Shown here: positions 27,608-40,657 of the stretch, one piece after another
How the letters are laid out: the number at the start of each line of letters is the position of its first letter
Numbering within the stretch: the first letter of the stretch is position 1
DNA from: Eledone cirrhosa
Lineage: Eukaryota
Direction of reading: 5' to 3'
NCBI GenBank assembly: GCA_964016885.1
Contig: OZ024745.1
Coordinates: forward strand, 118,916,001 to 118,980,000
DNA length: 64,000 nucleotides
Notes under the pieces: model-generated
What the model was told of the DNA's origin: nothing
The model's database searches: none
What the model saw: only the letters and a program-made list of their open reading frames with translations
Translations under genes and position numbers: made by a program

Positions 27608-27749
27608 AATAAACGAAGCTAAATTTTAATCATTTGACTTTTATTTAACTTTATTTTACACTACTCCGGAGTAACCAAACCAACCTGCGCACTTCGTCGA
27701 GTGCTCCAGCCTGCATACTGAGGTGTTGGTATACAACCAACATAAACTC

Positions 27750-27835
<86 letters not shown>

Positions 27836-28057
27836 GTGGCACTGTTTGACGTAGCCTCAGGTCTACCCACGGCACATGAATGACATTCAGTCGACAGAAA
27901 CTGTTTGGAAGCCTGTTGGATGAATTCTACCTGTAATTCAAAGGGTTAGCATCGTCATATCCCCTGTCTCATTGAATTGCCCCAGTTAAAAGCTGACTGT
28001 TCCGTTGACTAGACAACTGGAACAGTCATCGTCGATACCGACAGATGTTCATTCATG

Positions 28058-28095
<38 letters not shown>

Positions 28096-28198
28096 CACGC
28101 ATATACAGATATATATGTATACATACACATATACACGCATATACAGATATATACATACATATATATATACACGCATATACATTTATATACATACACAC

Positions 28199-28238
<40 letters not shown>

Positions 28239-28291
28239 ACTTAGATATATATATGTATTTATATATATATATATATAATATATATATATAT

Positions 28292-28499
<208 letters not shown>

Positions 28500-28561
28500 A
28501 CATAGATATATTTTATGTATTTATATATATATATATAATATATATATATATATGTGTATAT

Positions 28562-29072
28562 ATAAATGGAATAGAATGAAACGAAATTTTATTTCTCACT
28601 CTTAGTACGGCACTTATACGTACTTACATATATGTATACAGACGTACAGTAGTATGTATATATATATACATACATGCACACATATATATATATGCACGTA
28701 TCGGTTTACCGAACATTTATTAAAATGCTCGGTTTGTTTGTTTGTAAACAAACAAATAGCCCGAATTACGCTGTACAGTGTTTAGGCAACCACGTCACCT
28801 TTTTGTTCAACACTGACACAGGAAAGATGTACTAGTTTCAAGCTTATTAGCTATCGTCAGCATCGTATACCTTCCTGCCAGATGGTTGAACGTCTGAAAG
28901 TATATACTTTCCTTATGCATATTAACGGCTGAGCAGCCTAATTTGCATATCGAGTGAGTTCAGTCGGCCGGGCACACCGAAAACGATAAATGGAATAGAA
29001 TGAAACGAAATTTCATTTCTCACTCTTAGTACGGCACTTACTTAAATGTACAGTATATACAGACGTACAGTA
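28562..29072 (-). mobile_element. Hammerhead-bearing ~424-bp unit with terminal direct repeat, embedded in (TA)n
   Basis: TGGAATAGAATGAAACGAAATTT.ATTTCTCACTCTTAGTACGGCACTTA at 28567 and 28991 (offset 424). Internal HHR and octamer on the minus strand. Confidence 0.72.
28826..28864 (-). ncRNA. Minimal type I hammerhead ribozyme
   Basis: Minus strand: GATG-CTGACGA-tAGCTaataAGCTt-GAAA-ctag-TA-CATC, with palindromic ACTAGT stem III. Confidence 0.82.
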
Positions 29073-29090
29073 TATATATATATGTATATA

Positions 29091-29208
<118 letters not shown>

Positions 29209-29287
29209 TATATATGTATATATACGTATGTGCTTTAAATTACAGTACTAATGAAAATGCATTCTCATTGGCACAAGAGAGAGAGAC

Positions 29288-29379
<92 letters not shown>

Positions 29380-29384
29380 TATCA

Positions 29385-30090
29385 TACCTAAGATTAAGGC
29401 ACATTTCCACCTTAACCGTTGGATCAACATAACTTAAGTTATTGACTGGGACCGACAGATTGAGAGGAAAGAGCGGACCAAGTTCCTCCAATTTCACATT
29501 GAAAACTATTACGCTTCAATGACCGTCCTTATTCTGAAGAGGGTGCTGGTCTTCACCGGACCTACCCTACAATAGAGAACCCTACATATTAGACTATCCT
29601 ACACGCCCGTTACTCTCTCCTGAGCTACGACGGGTCACATAGGGCCAAGCTGTTCCCCCGACTCCTCCTTTGATATGAGCATGGGAGCTAGTGACTCGGC
29701 GAAGATTACTGACCTGATTGGACTCTACATCCTCTCTAAATTTAAAGATCGCTTCCGAAAGTACGGAGGGGGATGTACTGCGACGACGGCCTCCTCCCCC
29801 TCACAACTGTAGCCCGCCGCTGTGAAACCGACCGAACCAGAAAGGATCTCTTGTAATTCTTCAACCTTGGATTCCGGATTACCATACGGCATCACCTGAG
29901 TTCAGTGGACTTCCATGAGGTCACACTGAACCTCAAAACCGGACTATACTACTCATACAGGATACCCGACGAGACCCGCCAATACGCCAACAGAAACTCC
30001 CACCACCTACGTTCTATAGCCAATAAGCTAACTATAAACGTCTCCAATCGAAACTCCCGGCTGTCCGCGACAGAGCAGATGTTTCTACGT
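29385..30090 (+). pseudogene. Penelope-like element reverse transcriptase fragment (Naiad-type), frameshifted
   Basis: LNRWINIT*VIDW, FLQFHIENYYASM, FDMSMGASDSAKITDLIGLYILSKF, GMYCDDGL, VDFHEVTLNLKTGLYYSYRIPD. Paralogous to 62972-64000. Confidence 0.75.
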
Positions 30091-30135
30091 CCCTGAAGAG
30101 GCTTGCTGGACATACAAGTCGTTATCGCAGTCGGA
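30090..30135 (+). ncRNA. Degenerate hammerhead immediately after the Penelope-like RT fragment
   Basis: TCC-CTGAAGA-GGCTTGctggacataCAAGTC-GTTA (for GAAA)-tcgca-GTC-GGA. Confidence 0.5.
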
Positions 30136-30419
30136 ATCATACCTATCTCTATCAATTCTTTCATATACTAGCGAACCACAAAAACCATAGAATCATTAAT
30201 AGAAATTTGATATAAAAGACATTGCATATCCCATTAGAAATTACGAAAAAGACGACTTAGTAATACAATTAATTTAAATTCTGCACCTACTTGCAATTTT
30301 AGAACTACCAGGAATAAGCCACTTCAACTACCAGAAATAAGCCACTGGAAAAGTCATAAGAGCTAAATGACACCTGAGCAACAATCTTGAACAGAAATCA
30401 TAGAATGAATGAATGAATT

Positions 30420-30624
30420 AATGTATGTATGTATGTATGTATGTATGTATGTATGTATGTATGTATGTATGTATGTATGTATGTATGTATGTATGTATGT
30501 ATGTATGTGTGTATGTGTGTATGTATGTATGTATGTATGTATGTATGTATGTATGTGTGTATGTGTGTATGTATGTATGTATGTATGTGTGTATGTATGT
30601 ATGTATGTATCTATGTATGTATGT
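30420..30624. repeat. (ATGT)n microsatellite abutting the 3' end of the R4-like element
   Basis: Direct reading. Confidence 0.95.
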
Positions 30625-32440
30625 TTCTTCTGGTTTTATAATTTCACAAAGTTTTACCAATAGAGAGAGAGTCGGTTTCTAACATAGATACAAGACTCTC
30701 TCATTGGAATTTACACAACATCAACTAGGTAGATATGTATGTATGTCTGCATGTGTAGATATGGATGTTATTGTATGTGTGGATGTGTATGTTTTGAGTT
30801 GTATGTGTGCATGTGTATATGCTTTGCATCTGTACATGTGTATATGCAGTTATTAGATGCAACATTTTTGGAATGTTTTACATATTTTTACTGTTCCATT
30901 AATGGATTGTATTTGTAATTTCCTAACTAGTTGTGTTCTTTCTGTTCCTGTGAAGCCTAGCTTCTCAAGATTTGTATTGAGGGAGTTACTAACATACTCC
31001 AGTGCCCCAATAATCACAGGCATAAATCTGAAGGTGTAATCAGGGTGGAGTATCTGCAGATTTCTCATCAGTTCTGCATAAATATTCTCGTTTTCACTAA
31101 TCTTTGATATGATATGGGTATCTGCTGTACATGCTTTCTACTGTACATGCTTTCTTCTCCCTGTCCCATATCATAATATCTGGTCTGTCATGGCTGCATT
31201 TTATTGGGGTTTTTACTGGAACATTCCCCCAGTACTCTTTCATATTATGTACATGGATGTCTTCCACATTGCTGTAGCTTTTAACGTGTTTATTATCGGG
31301 GCTATCTTTTTTACGAACTGCATTGTACAGTGTTTTGGCCACTACATCATGCCTCATAGGTAGATAGTACCGCGATGACATCTTTGGACAGCTGCTTATG
31401 ACATGGGTGACATCTTCGATGTTAATTCTGCAGAGTCTGCACTTGTTATCACATCTAGGTGTTTTGCCTGAATCCCTATCTCTTTTGTCAATCAGGTATT
31501 TCCTGTTGATTTCCTGTTCTTGGATTGCAAAAGCATATCCTTCAAAGTGGGAGCCAATATAGCGGTTGTTGGTCCAAGATAGACTACTTTCTTTATCTAT
31601 ATTACTCTCACTCTGGAGCTTCCTGGCACCATATCCATGCATGATTTTTTGATGATAAGCATGCAGTTTCTCATCCATGTATTCACTGCGATACTGCTGA
31701 GCGATTTCCCTGGGTGTGAGCTTTTGATTATCATACAGGGAATATCTCTCGAGGAGTTCCTTCCCAGCTCTCATGATCTTATCTGTTTCATGACGATAGA
31801 CTTGCTCGAGAAGCGGGCTCCTACGTTTCGAGGTTCGTAGATGTTGTCGGAGAGATGCGACATTCAAATGCTGTCTGGACTGATGTTAGGCTCTGCCTCC
31901 CTGCTTACGTTTCAAGTAAAGGCGGTCTATGTCACTGTTGATGTGGAAGTTTCCGGCGTTGTTTAGTATTTTTCGAGTTCCAACATCAACTGCTCGGATT
32001 TCGTCTATCGTCCAATTGAGTATTCCAAACGTTGGTGTTATGACAGGCACAGGAAACACATTGTGAGCCACTGTTTTGTTTTGCGAAGAGAGTTCCGATG
32101 ACCATATCTTTCTTAATCGGGTGTAGTATTCCCTGGTTACGCGTTCTTTATTACAGATACCATTATAAGATATGTTCTCATCTATCCCCAGGTATCTGTA
32201 GCAGTTCTCATCAGATATCGGTGAAACAGTTAGGCCATTGATGACAGTGCTGCTAGATTTGGTTGTTGTTTTTCTGCGCTTTACAGTCATATATGGGCAT
32301 TTATATTGGCAAAACTCCATTCCTATATCATTTGAGAACGTTGTAACCAGGTCAAGATTTTTCCTCATCCCATCCATGTTCTTGGTATAGAGTTTCAGAT
32401 CATTTTCATTTCTCTTTATTTTTCTCCAGAATGAATCCAT
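30625..32440 (-). pseudogene. 5'-truncated R4/Dong-clade non-LTR retrotransposon (RT C-terminus, CCHC finger, restriction-like endonuclease, 3' UTR)
   Basis: DLKLY..GMEF..KC..YRYLGI..DRLYLKRKQGGR; CRLCRINIEDVTHVISSC..RHDVVAK; RPDIMIWD; MPVIIGAL..IQSINGTVKICK. Broken into three ORFs by frameshifts. Confidence 0.85.
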
Positions 32441-32631
32441 ACCTTTCTAAGACATTTATTGATTATCCTCTCATATTGATTATACTCTCATATCTCTATA
32501 GATTGATTATTAATTTCAACTGAAATCCTTAATTATTCCCTTTCATCTCTTCTCATACCGGCGTTTCTCACTGATACCTCAACTCCTTTTTGAGGATGAT
32601 CAATTTGTTTACAAGAGCATATTTTTGAATA

Positions 32632-32820
32632 CAAATAAAATTCCGTTATAACGAATACCATTATTAACGAATATTTCAGTATAACGACATTTCTTTTCAA
32701 TCGTCGAAGTAATAACAAACAAACTCTCGATTTGTTTCGGTCGATCTCATTATAAAACTTTTTTCGTTAGAACGATGTTTTTTAATACCCCGTGAATTTC
32801 GTTATAACGGAAATTTTCTG
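32632..32820. mobile_element. Tc1/pogo (Tigger-type) MITE
   Basis: TIRs CAAATAAAATTCCGTTATAACGAA / TTCGTTATAACGGAAATTTTCTG with flanking TA; internal ATAACGA repeats. Confidence 0.7.
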
Positions 32821-33052
32821 TATCTCCAAACAGTTTCTATGGCTTTTTTCATTGCTTTTTTCTGATGTTGAGAGGTCTAGTTTTGTTTATATTTGTATGT
32901 GATAAGCATCGTTTCCGCTAGTTTTTCGGAGATCACAGACTACCTTTAGCCATTTTCCAAATCTACGACGACTCGTTTAGGTATTGTCGCTATTTGCTTC
33001 ACTAGTATGACAAAGATAAGGCTTTACTGTCGTTGCTATGGCATATAGACAA

Positions 33053-33293
<241 letters not shown>

Positions 33294-33302
33294 TATACAT
33301 AT

Positions 33303-34056
33303 ATATATATCCAAAATTAAATTAAGGGTGTCATGTCGGAGAGACATGCGCCATATCCACCGTAGAATATGCTTCAAGATTCCAATGAATAGATCCGAGC
33401 ATTTTATATCAACTAGAAATTGATTGACATATATATATATATATATGTAAAATAAACATATGAAACAATCACAGGGAATAATTTGTAAAAGTGTGTAAGC
33501 ACACATAGCTAGGTAGGTAACTAATTAAAGTTTAACTACAACTTTAAAAATAGATACCTTATAAATTGATTAGTCTCCCTGACATGACACCCTTAATTTA
33601 ATTTTGGATATATATACGGCCCCTTAATTGTAGAGCTAAGTCAGTTGGAAGAACTCGGCTGCTATTTCTAGTTGTCGATAACCCTATTCACGCCACTGGG
33701 ATAAAGCTGGTACGATGTGTGTATTTAAAAAAAATGCAACACGTGCTGCTAGTCATTCGCAGATTTGAATTTGCTGTGTAAACGCAGATAGTTAAATCTT
33801 CTTCTTTGTTGAAAATCCGGTTTGGCTACTGTGGTTTATCGATCGATTGATGGGGAAATATATTTCTTTAATGAAATATATACAAGAAAGATTAATCAAT
33901 TTATAAGGTATCTATTTTTAAAGTTCTAGTTAAACTTTAATTAGTTACCTACCTAGCTATGTGTGCTTACACACTTTTACAAATTATTCCCTGTGATTGT
34001 TTCATATGTTTATTTTAGATATATATATATATGTCAATCAATTTCTAGTTGATATA
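33303..34056. repeat. Two interlocked inverted repeats between (TA)n arrays
   Basis: A 33303-33345 pairs with A' 33573-33616; B 33405-33576 pairs with B' 33889-34056. Confidence 0.92.
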
Positions 34057-34084
34057 CATATATATATATACATATATACATATA

Positions 34085-34120
<36 letters not shown>

Positions 34121-34145
34121 TGTATGTATGTATGTATGTATGTAT

Positions 34146-34178
<33 letters not shown>

Positions 34179-34192
34179 CATAGATGTATATA

Positions 34193-34245
<53 letters not shown>

Positions 34246-34266
34246 GATGTATATATATATATTATA

Positions 34267-34312
<46 letters not shown>

Positions 34313-34322
34313 GATGTATATA

Positions 34323-34369
<47 letters not shown>

Positions 34370-34516
34370 GATGTATATATATATATATATATATATGTAT
34401 ATTAATAAAAGGAATTCCAGCTTTGTCTGATTTACTCATTTTATTTACAATCCTTTAAAATTATAATGATATTATAATGAAATAGTATGGTAGAATATTA
34501 AATGTTAAATGTTAAT

Positions 34517-34555
34517 TGAACAAGTACTTTCATGCTTTCGCAATCTTCAGGTTCA
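34517..34555 (-). ncRNA. Minimal type I hammerhead ribozyme
   Basis: Minus strand: TGAAC-CTGAAGA-tTGCgaaaGCAt-GAAA-gtac-TT-GTTCA. Palindromic AAGTACTT stem III; lies in a ~200-bp island flanked by (TA)n. Confidence 0.8.
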
Positions 34556-34603
34556 TATTCAGTGGTGACAGTCAAGTTGGCAATTATGGCATAGAGACAA
34601 ATG

Positions 34604-34699
<96 letters not shown>

Positions 34700-34744
34700 C
34701 GTGTGAAATTATGTATGTATGTATGTATATATGTATGTATGCCT

Positions 34745-35760
34745 CTATATCATGGGAGAGATGACCCCTTAGCCTTTGTCAAGGCAGAATTCTAGGAGAA
34801 GGAAAACTCTGATATAACACCTGCAACCCTGATGGTATCCAATGATGTTGACTTGTTCTTCTTTTTGGTAAATATCATCTTGGTTAAGAGAGTGGGACCG
34901 GCTTTGTGCAGTGCCTTTGCTCACTATAAAAGCTTCACGGCACAGGCATTGCTTTATATCTGGAGATCTCCCTGCACTTGTCGTCACATGATACCATGGG
35001 CCCAGCACTATGTGTCAATAATTGTCACAAGTGTAGTGTTTGTACCAGAGTTTTCAAGTCGCTGGCTGGACTAAAAAGTCACACTCGTTCAGTGCATCGG
35101 TAGGGGTTCTCCTACATGGATACAAAGTAGTGGCCGTACTCGAAAACGAGTTGGCAGCCACCATGCCTCTATATACACGAAACAAGAAAACAACAAGACA
35201 AGTTAAACAGATCAATGTATGTTGCTGGAATATTAGAATACAATATGATACGGTAGATGTTGGAAGACCGGAGAGAAATACGATGGTTGCCAAGGAACTA
35301 TTAAGATATCACATTGGCATTACTACGTTATTGGAGACGCGCTTGGCTGGTGATGCTTATCGAGATGAAGAAGGAAGTGGATATATATTTTCTGGATAGG
35401 CAGAGAGTGAGAGAGGAGATGGGGGAGTTAGATTTTCTATTCTTTAGAATATTGTGGAATAGTTGGAGGAGCTACCGTTTGATGTTTGAGACCCCATAAT
35501 GAAAATGAAACGCTGAGGTGGTGGAAAGCGACATACTACCGTTATATCTATTTATGTCCCCACTTTAAACAGCCTTGTAGAGCTGATCAATTCATTTTAC
35601 GAATCACTGATTGATGAGGTTTCAGTGTCTCAACGGATGGCAAACTTGTTCTTGGAAACTATAATGCAAGTACTGGAACTGATCATAGCGCTTTGTCTTC
35701 CACAGACCTTTATGGACTAAGAAAATATATTCTAAGAGTCTACAATTACTCAAATGTTTT
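34745..35760 (+). pseudogene. 5' part of an RTE-clade LINE (5' UTR plus decayed APE endonuclease)
   Basis: CTAGGAGAAGGAAAACTCTG 5' motif; INVCCWNIR..GRPERNTMVAKELLRYHIGITTLLETRLAG..EEGSGYIF; later VISIYVPTL. Confidence 0.78.
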
Positions 35761-35904
35761 ACATTATAACCCAAACTACTCACCAGAAGACCATCCTAGC
35801 TAGGATGCGTTTGATCATCGGTCAGTTTTACTAGAATTGATCTGGAGGTAAACAATCACAGCATAAAAGAGGAACCAATATTATATTGATATCAATTCAA
35901 TATC

Positions 35905-37450
35905 AAATATATTCTCTCTCCAGTAAAATATTTGTCAATGTCAACTATATTCTCTCTCTCCAGTAAAATATTTGCCAATGTCAACTATATTGTCTCTCCA
36001 GTAAAATATTTGTCAATGTCAACTATATTCTCTCTCTCCAGTAAAATATTTGCCAATGTCAACTATATTGTCTCTCCAGTAAAATATTTGTCAATGTCAA
36101 CTATATTGTCTCTCCAGTAAAATATTTGTCAATGTCAACTATATTCTCTCTCTCCAGTAAAATATTTGCCAATGTCAACTATATTGTCTCTCCAGTAAAA
36201 TATTTGTCAATGTCAACTATATTGTCTCTCCAGTAAAATATTTGTCAATGTCAACTATATTCTCTCTCTCCAGTAAAATATTTGCCAATGTCAACTATAT
36301 TGTCTCTCCAGTAAAATATTTGTCAATGTCAACTATATTGTCTCTCTCCAGTAAAATATTTGTCAATGTCAACTATATTCTCTCTCTCCAGTAAAATATT
36401 TGACAATGTCAACTATATTGTCTCTCTCCAGTAAAATATTTGCCAATGTCAACTATATTGTCTCTCTCCAGTAAAATATTTGTCAATGTCAACTATATTG
36501 TCTCTCCCCAGTAAAATATTTGCCAATGTCAACTATATTGTCTCTCTCCAGTAAAATATTTGCCAATGTCAACTATATTGTCTCTCTCCAGTAAAATATT
36601 TGTCAATGTCAACTATATTGTCTCTCCAGTAAAATATTTGTCAATGTCAACTATATTGTCTCTCTCCAGTAAAATATTTGTCAATGTCAACTATATTGTC
36701 TCTCCAGTAAAATATTTGTCAATGTCAACTATATTGTCTCTCTCCAGTAAAATATTTGTCAATGTCAACTATATTGTCTCTCCCCAGTAAAATATTTGCC
36801 AATGTCAACTATATTGTCTCTCTCCAGTAAAATATTTGCCAATGTCAACTATATTGTCTCTCTCCAGTAAAATATTTGTCAATGTCAACTATATTGTCTC
36901 TCCAGTAAAATATTTGTCAATGTCAACTATATTGTCTCTCTCCAGTAAAATATTTGACAATGTCAACTATATTGTCTCTCTCCAGTAAAATATTTGCCAA
37001 TGTCAACTATATTGTCTCTCTCCTGTTAAATATTTGCCAATGTCAACTATATTGTCTCTTTCCAGTAAAATATTTGACAATGTCAACTATATTCTCTCTC
37101 TCCAGTAAAATATTTGTCAATGTCAACTATATTGTCTCTCTCCAGTAAAATATTTGTCAATGTCAACTATATTGTCTCTCTCCAGTAAAATATTTGTCAA
37201 TGTCAACTATATTCTCTCTCTCCAGTAAAATATTTGACAATGTCAACTATATTCTCTCCAGTAAAATATTTGTCAATGTCAACTATATTGTCTCTCCCCA
37301 GCAAAATATTTGCCAATGTCAACTATATTGTCTCTCCAGTAAAATATAGGTCAATGTCAACTATATTGTGTCTCCAGTAAAATATTTGTCAATGTCAACT
37401 ATATTGTCTCTCTCCAGTAAAATATCTGTCAATGTCAACTATATTCTCTC
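35905..37450. repeat. ~38-40-bp minisatellite CCAGTAAAATATTTGTCAATGTCAACTATATTGTCTCT(CT)
   Basis: Direct reading; ~1.5 kb. Confidence 0.96.
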
Positions 37451-37875
37451 CCCTATATTCTATCCGAAAAGAAGGGCTGGACATACAATTAGCACACTCT
37501 GGCTCAGCACTGCGTGGATACCTGTCTAAAAAGCAACCCAGCGACAACAACAATCAATGCTCGCTGACTAACTGCCCTATCCGAAATACAGCTATGTGCC
37601 AACGGACACATGTGGTATACCGGATTGAATGCAACAAATGTAAGGAGTTCTACATCGGTAGCACGACTCGAGCAAGACTCGAGCATTAGATAATACATCA
37701 ACACACACGCATCCTTATTAATAAAACACATTGACAAATGTAGAAACATCAACCAACATATTGCTGTTACTATTAAAGAAATGTGGGCAAAGTAAGAATT
37801 AAGGAAGCCTTGCTCATACGTAGACTCAACGCGCAAATAAACAATAGATTAGAACTCAGCACACAGTACTTGACA
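37450..37875 (+). pseudogene. Penelope-like element GIY-YIG endonuclease fragment
   Basis: CSLTNCPIRNTAMCQRTHVVYRIECNKCKEFYIGSTTRARLEH, then IKEALLIRRLNAQINNRLEL. Confidence 0.8.
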
Positions 37876-38687
37876 TAAAAAGACACACCCACAGGCATAC
37901 AAACAAAACATCTCATACAAAAAAGAAAATTGATTTCGTGAAATATTATATTGGCAATTGACGTCATTCTCGTGAAAAGTGAAATAACCGTGAAAAAATG
38001 CTTGAAAAGGACTTAGAAAAAATTTAAATCAAAATCAAAATTTCATCCCAAAGAGAGGAAATTGGAACATTATCCACTGAAAGTTCCTTAAACTCTGACT
38101 TTTAGGTCCCGAAATATTGGACAGATAAAAGAAGAAGAACAACAACAACAAAACAAAGATTACCAGGTAACTTTTACTTTTCGTTACTTCATCTTACAGT
38201 CCATTTTGCATTGTTCAGCCTTCTATCTCTTCCAACGTTATATATTATATACAATGCTTCAAGCAAACCACAATAAAAAGAATATATTTTCCCGGATTTC
38301 TCTCCCTTACAGAAAAAACATAACAGCCGCCATAGTGAAAGCCCTTCAAGTGCACAACCCAGAAAATATGTGTTGTGGGCGTGTGTGTGTGTGTCTGTTT
38401 GTTTAATTGATTGTGTGTGTCTGTATGTATGTGCGTGTGTGTGTGTACGTGTGTCTCTTTCTCTCTCTGTGTGTGTGTGTGTGTGTGTGAGTTGTATTCG
38501 TAGGATACACAAACAACAACAAATGCCGATACGAAAACGAAAACAAAAACAGTGGAATATCAGCAAACCGTGAATTTAAAATTCCCCTGATGGATTTGAC
38601 CTCAGAAGATGAATCTAACATTTTAAAGTATGTACGACTTTATCTCCTTGTTCTTCTCTTTCTCTCTCACACTATATCTGTCTAGCT

Positions 38688-40419
38688 CAGTGGTTCCCAA
38701 CCTTTTGTGCACCATGCCTCACATCAATATCTAAAAAATTGTTATCTCCCTCTTTGTCATAAAAACAGCAATGATCAACTGCAAAGTGTAAACAAATTGG
38801 TGTCTAAGTGGTGCCAGATACACAATAACATATGGAGGAATTTCTGACAGTAATGTGTACCATAGTTGTCTTGGTGTAGGTGGTGCCAGATACACAATAA
38901 CATATGGAGGAGGTGAGACAGGAGTTTCAGACAGTAATGTGTACCATAGTTGTCTTGGTGTAGGTGGTGCCAGATGTACAATAACATATGGAGGAGGTGA
39001 GACAGGAGTTTCAGACAGTAATGTGTACCATAGTTGTCTTGGTGTAGGTGGTGCCAGATGTACAATAACATATGGAGGAGGTGAGACAGGAGTTTCTGAC
39101 AATAATGTGCACCAAATTTGCCTTGGTGTAGGTGGTGCCAGATGTACAATAACATATGGAAGAGGTGAGACAGGAGTTTCTGACAGTAATAAGCACCAAA
39201 GTTGCCTTGGTGTAGGTGGTGCCAGATGTACAATTACGTATGGTGGAGGTGAGACAGGAGTTTCTGACAATAATGTGCACCAAAGTTCCCTTGGTGTAGG
39301 TGGTGCCAGATGTAAAATTACATATGGAGGAGGTGAGACAGGAGTTTCTGACAATAATGTGCACCAAAGTTGCCTTGGTGTAGGTGGTGCCAGATGTAAA
39401 ATAACATATGGAGGAGGTGAGACAGGAGTTTCTGACAATAATGTGCACCAAAGTTGCCTTGGTGTAGGTGGTGCCAGATGTAAAATAACATATGGAGGAG
39501 GTGAGACAGGAGTTTCTGACAATAATGTGCACCAAAGTTGCCTTGGTGTAGGTGGTGCCAGATGTAAAATAACATATGGAGGAGGTGAGACAGGAGTTTC
39601 TGACAATAATGTGCACCAAAGTTGCCTTGGTGTAGGTGGTGCCAGATGTAAAATAACATATGGAGGAGGTGAGACAGGAGTTTCTGACAATAATGTGCAC
39701 CAAAGTTGCCTTGGTGTAGGTGGTGCCAGATGTAAAATAACATATGGAGGAGGTGAGACAGGAGTTTCTTACAATAATGTGCACCAAAGTTGCCTTGGTG
39801 TAGGTGGTGCCAGATGTACAATAACATATGGAGGTGGTGAGACAGGAGTTTCTGACAATAATGTGCACCAAAGTTGCCTTGGTGTAGGTGGTGCCAGATG
39901 TAAAATAACATATGGAGGAGGTGAGACAGGAGTTTCTGACAGTAATGTGTACCATAGTTGCCTTGGTGTAGGTGGTGCCAGATGTAAAATAACATATGGA
40001 GGAGGTGAGACAGGAGTTTCTGACAATAATGTGCACCAAAGTTGCCTTGGTGTAGGTGGTGCCAGATGTAAAATAACATATGGAGGAGGTGAGACAGGAG
40101 TTTCTGACAATAATGTGCACCAAAGTTGCCTTGGTGTAGGTGGTGCCAGATGTAAAATAACATATGGAGGAGGTGAGACAGGAGTTTCTGACAATAATGT
40201 GCACCAAAGTTGCCTTGGTGTAGGTGGTGCCAGATGTACAATAACATATGGAAGAGGTGAGACAGGAGTTTCAGACAGTAATGTGTACCATAGTTGTCTT
40301 GGTATAAAAGTAATAAAGTAAAACTTGAAGTTTGTTCTCATTAACATCATTTTCAAATGGCTCCTTAAATATTTAAATTGCCGCCCTGTGAGTTGTGCGC
40401 CCCACGTCGAGAATCATTG
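38688..40419. mobile_element. Non-autonomous hAT (Charlie-type) element carrying an internal 84-bp tandem array
   Basis: TIRs CAGTGGTTCCCAAC / GTCGAGAATCATTG; 8-bp TSD GTCTAGCT / CTCTAGCT. Confidence 0.72.
38810..40303. repeat. 84-bp tandem repeat, ~17.5 copies
   Basis: Unit GGTGTAGGTGGTGCCAGATGTAAAATAACATATGGAGGAGGTGAGACAGGAGTTTCTGACAATAATGTGCACCAAAGTTGCCTT; 28-aa periodicity in the ORF track. Confidence 0.97.
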
Positions 40420-40461
40420 CTCTAGCTGATATAAAATGGAGACAACTACTTATAGCTTCAT

Positions 40462-40517
40462 TTCTGTATACTGATGAAGCATTTAAATGCCGAAACAGGT
40501 TGGCTGTTGATATAGAA
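40462..40517 (+). ncRNA. Type I hammerhead ribozyme (slightly degenerate)
   Basis: TTCTGTATa-CTGATGA-aGCATttaaATGCc-GAAA-CAGgttggCTG-TT-gATATAGAA. First stem I pair is mismatched. Confidence 0.65.
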
Positions 40518-40564
40518 GAACTATTTTATATAGAATGTGAAATAGTATATATATATATGTATGT

Positions 40565-40657
40565 ATATAGAAACGACTTCTACAGGACTAGAACTATACA
40601 TTCGAAGGAAATCTTCAGAATGAAACAGTTCTAGTCCTGTAGAAGCCATTTCTATAT
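40565..40657. repeat. ~93-bp hairpin
   Basis: CTTCTACAGGACTAGAACT pairs with AGTTCTAGTCCTGTAGAAG. The right arm and flank are homologous to 26391-26495. Confidence 0.88.

Noticed and set aside
38855-40321. 488-aa Gly/Cys-rich repeat ORF
   Set aside because: Arises from an 84-bp tandem unit open in several frames inside a hAT MITE; no evidence of a gene.
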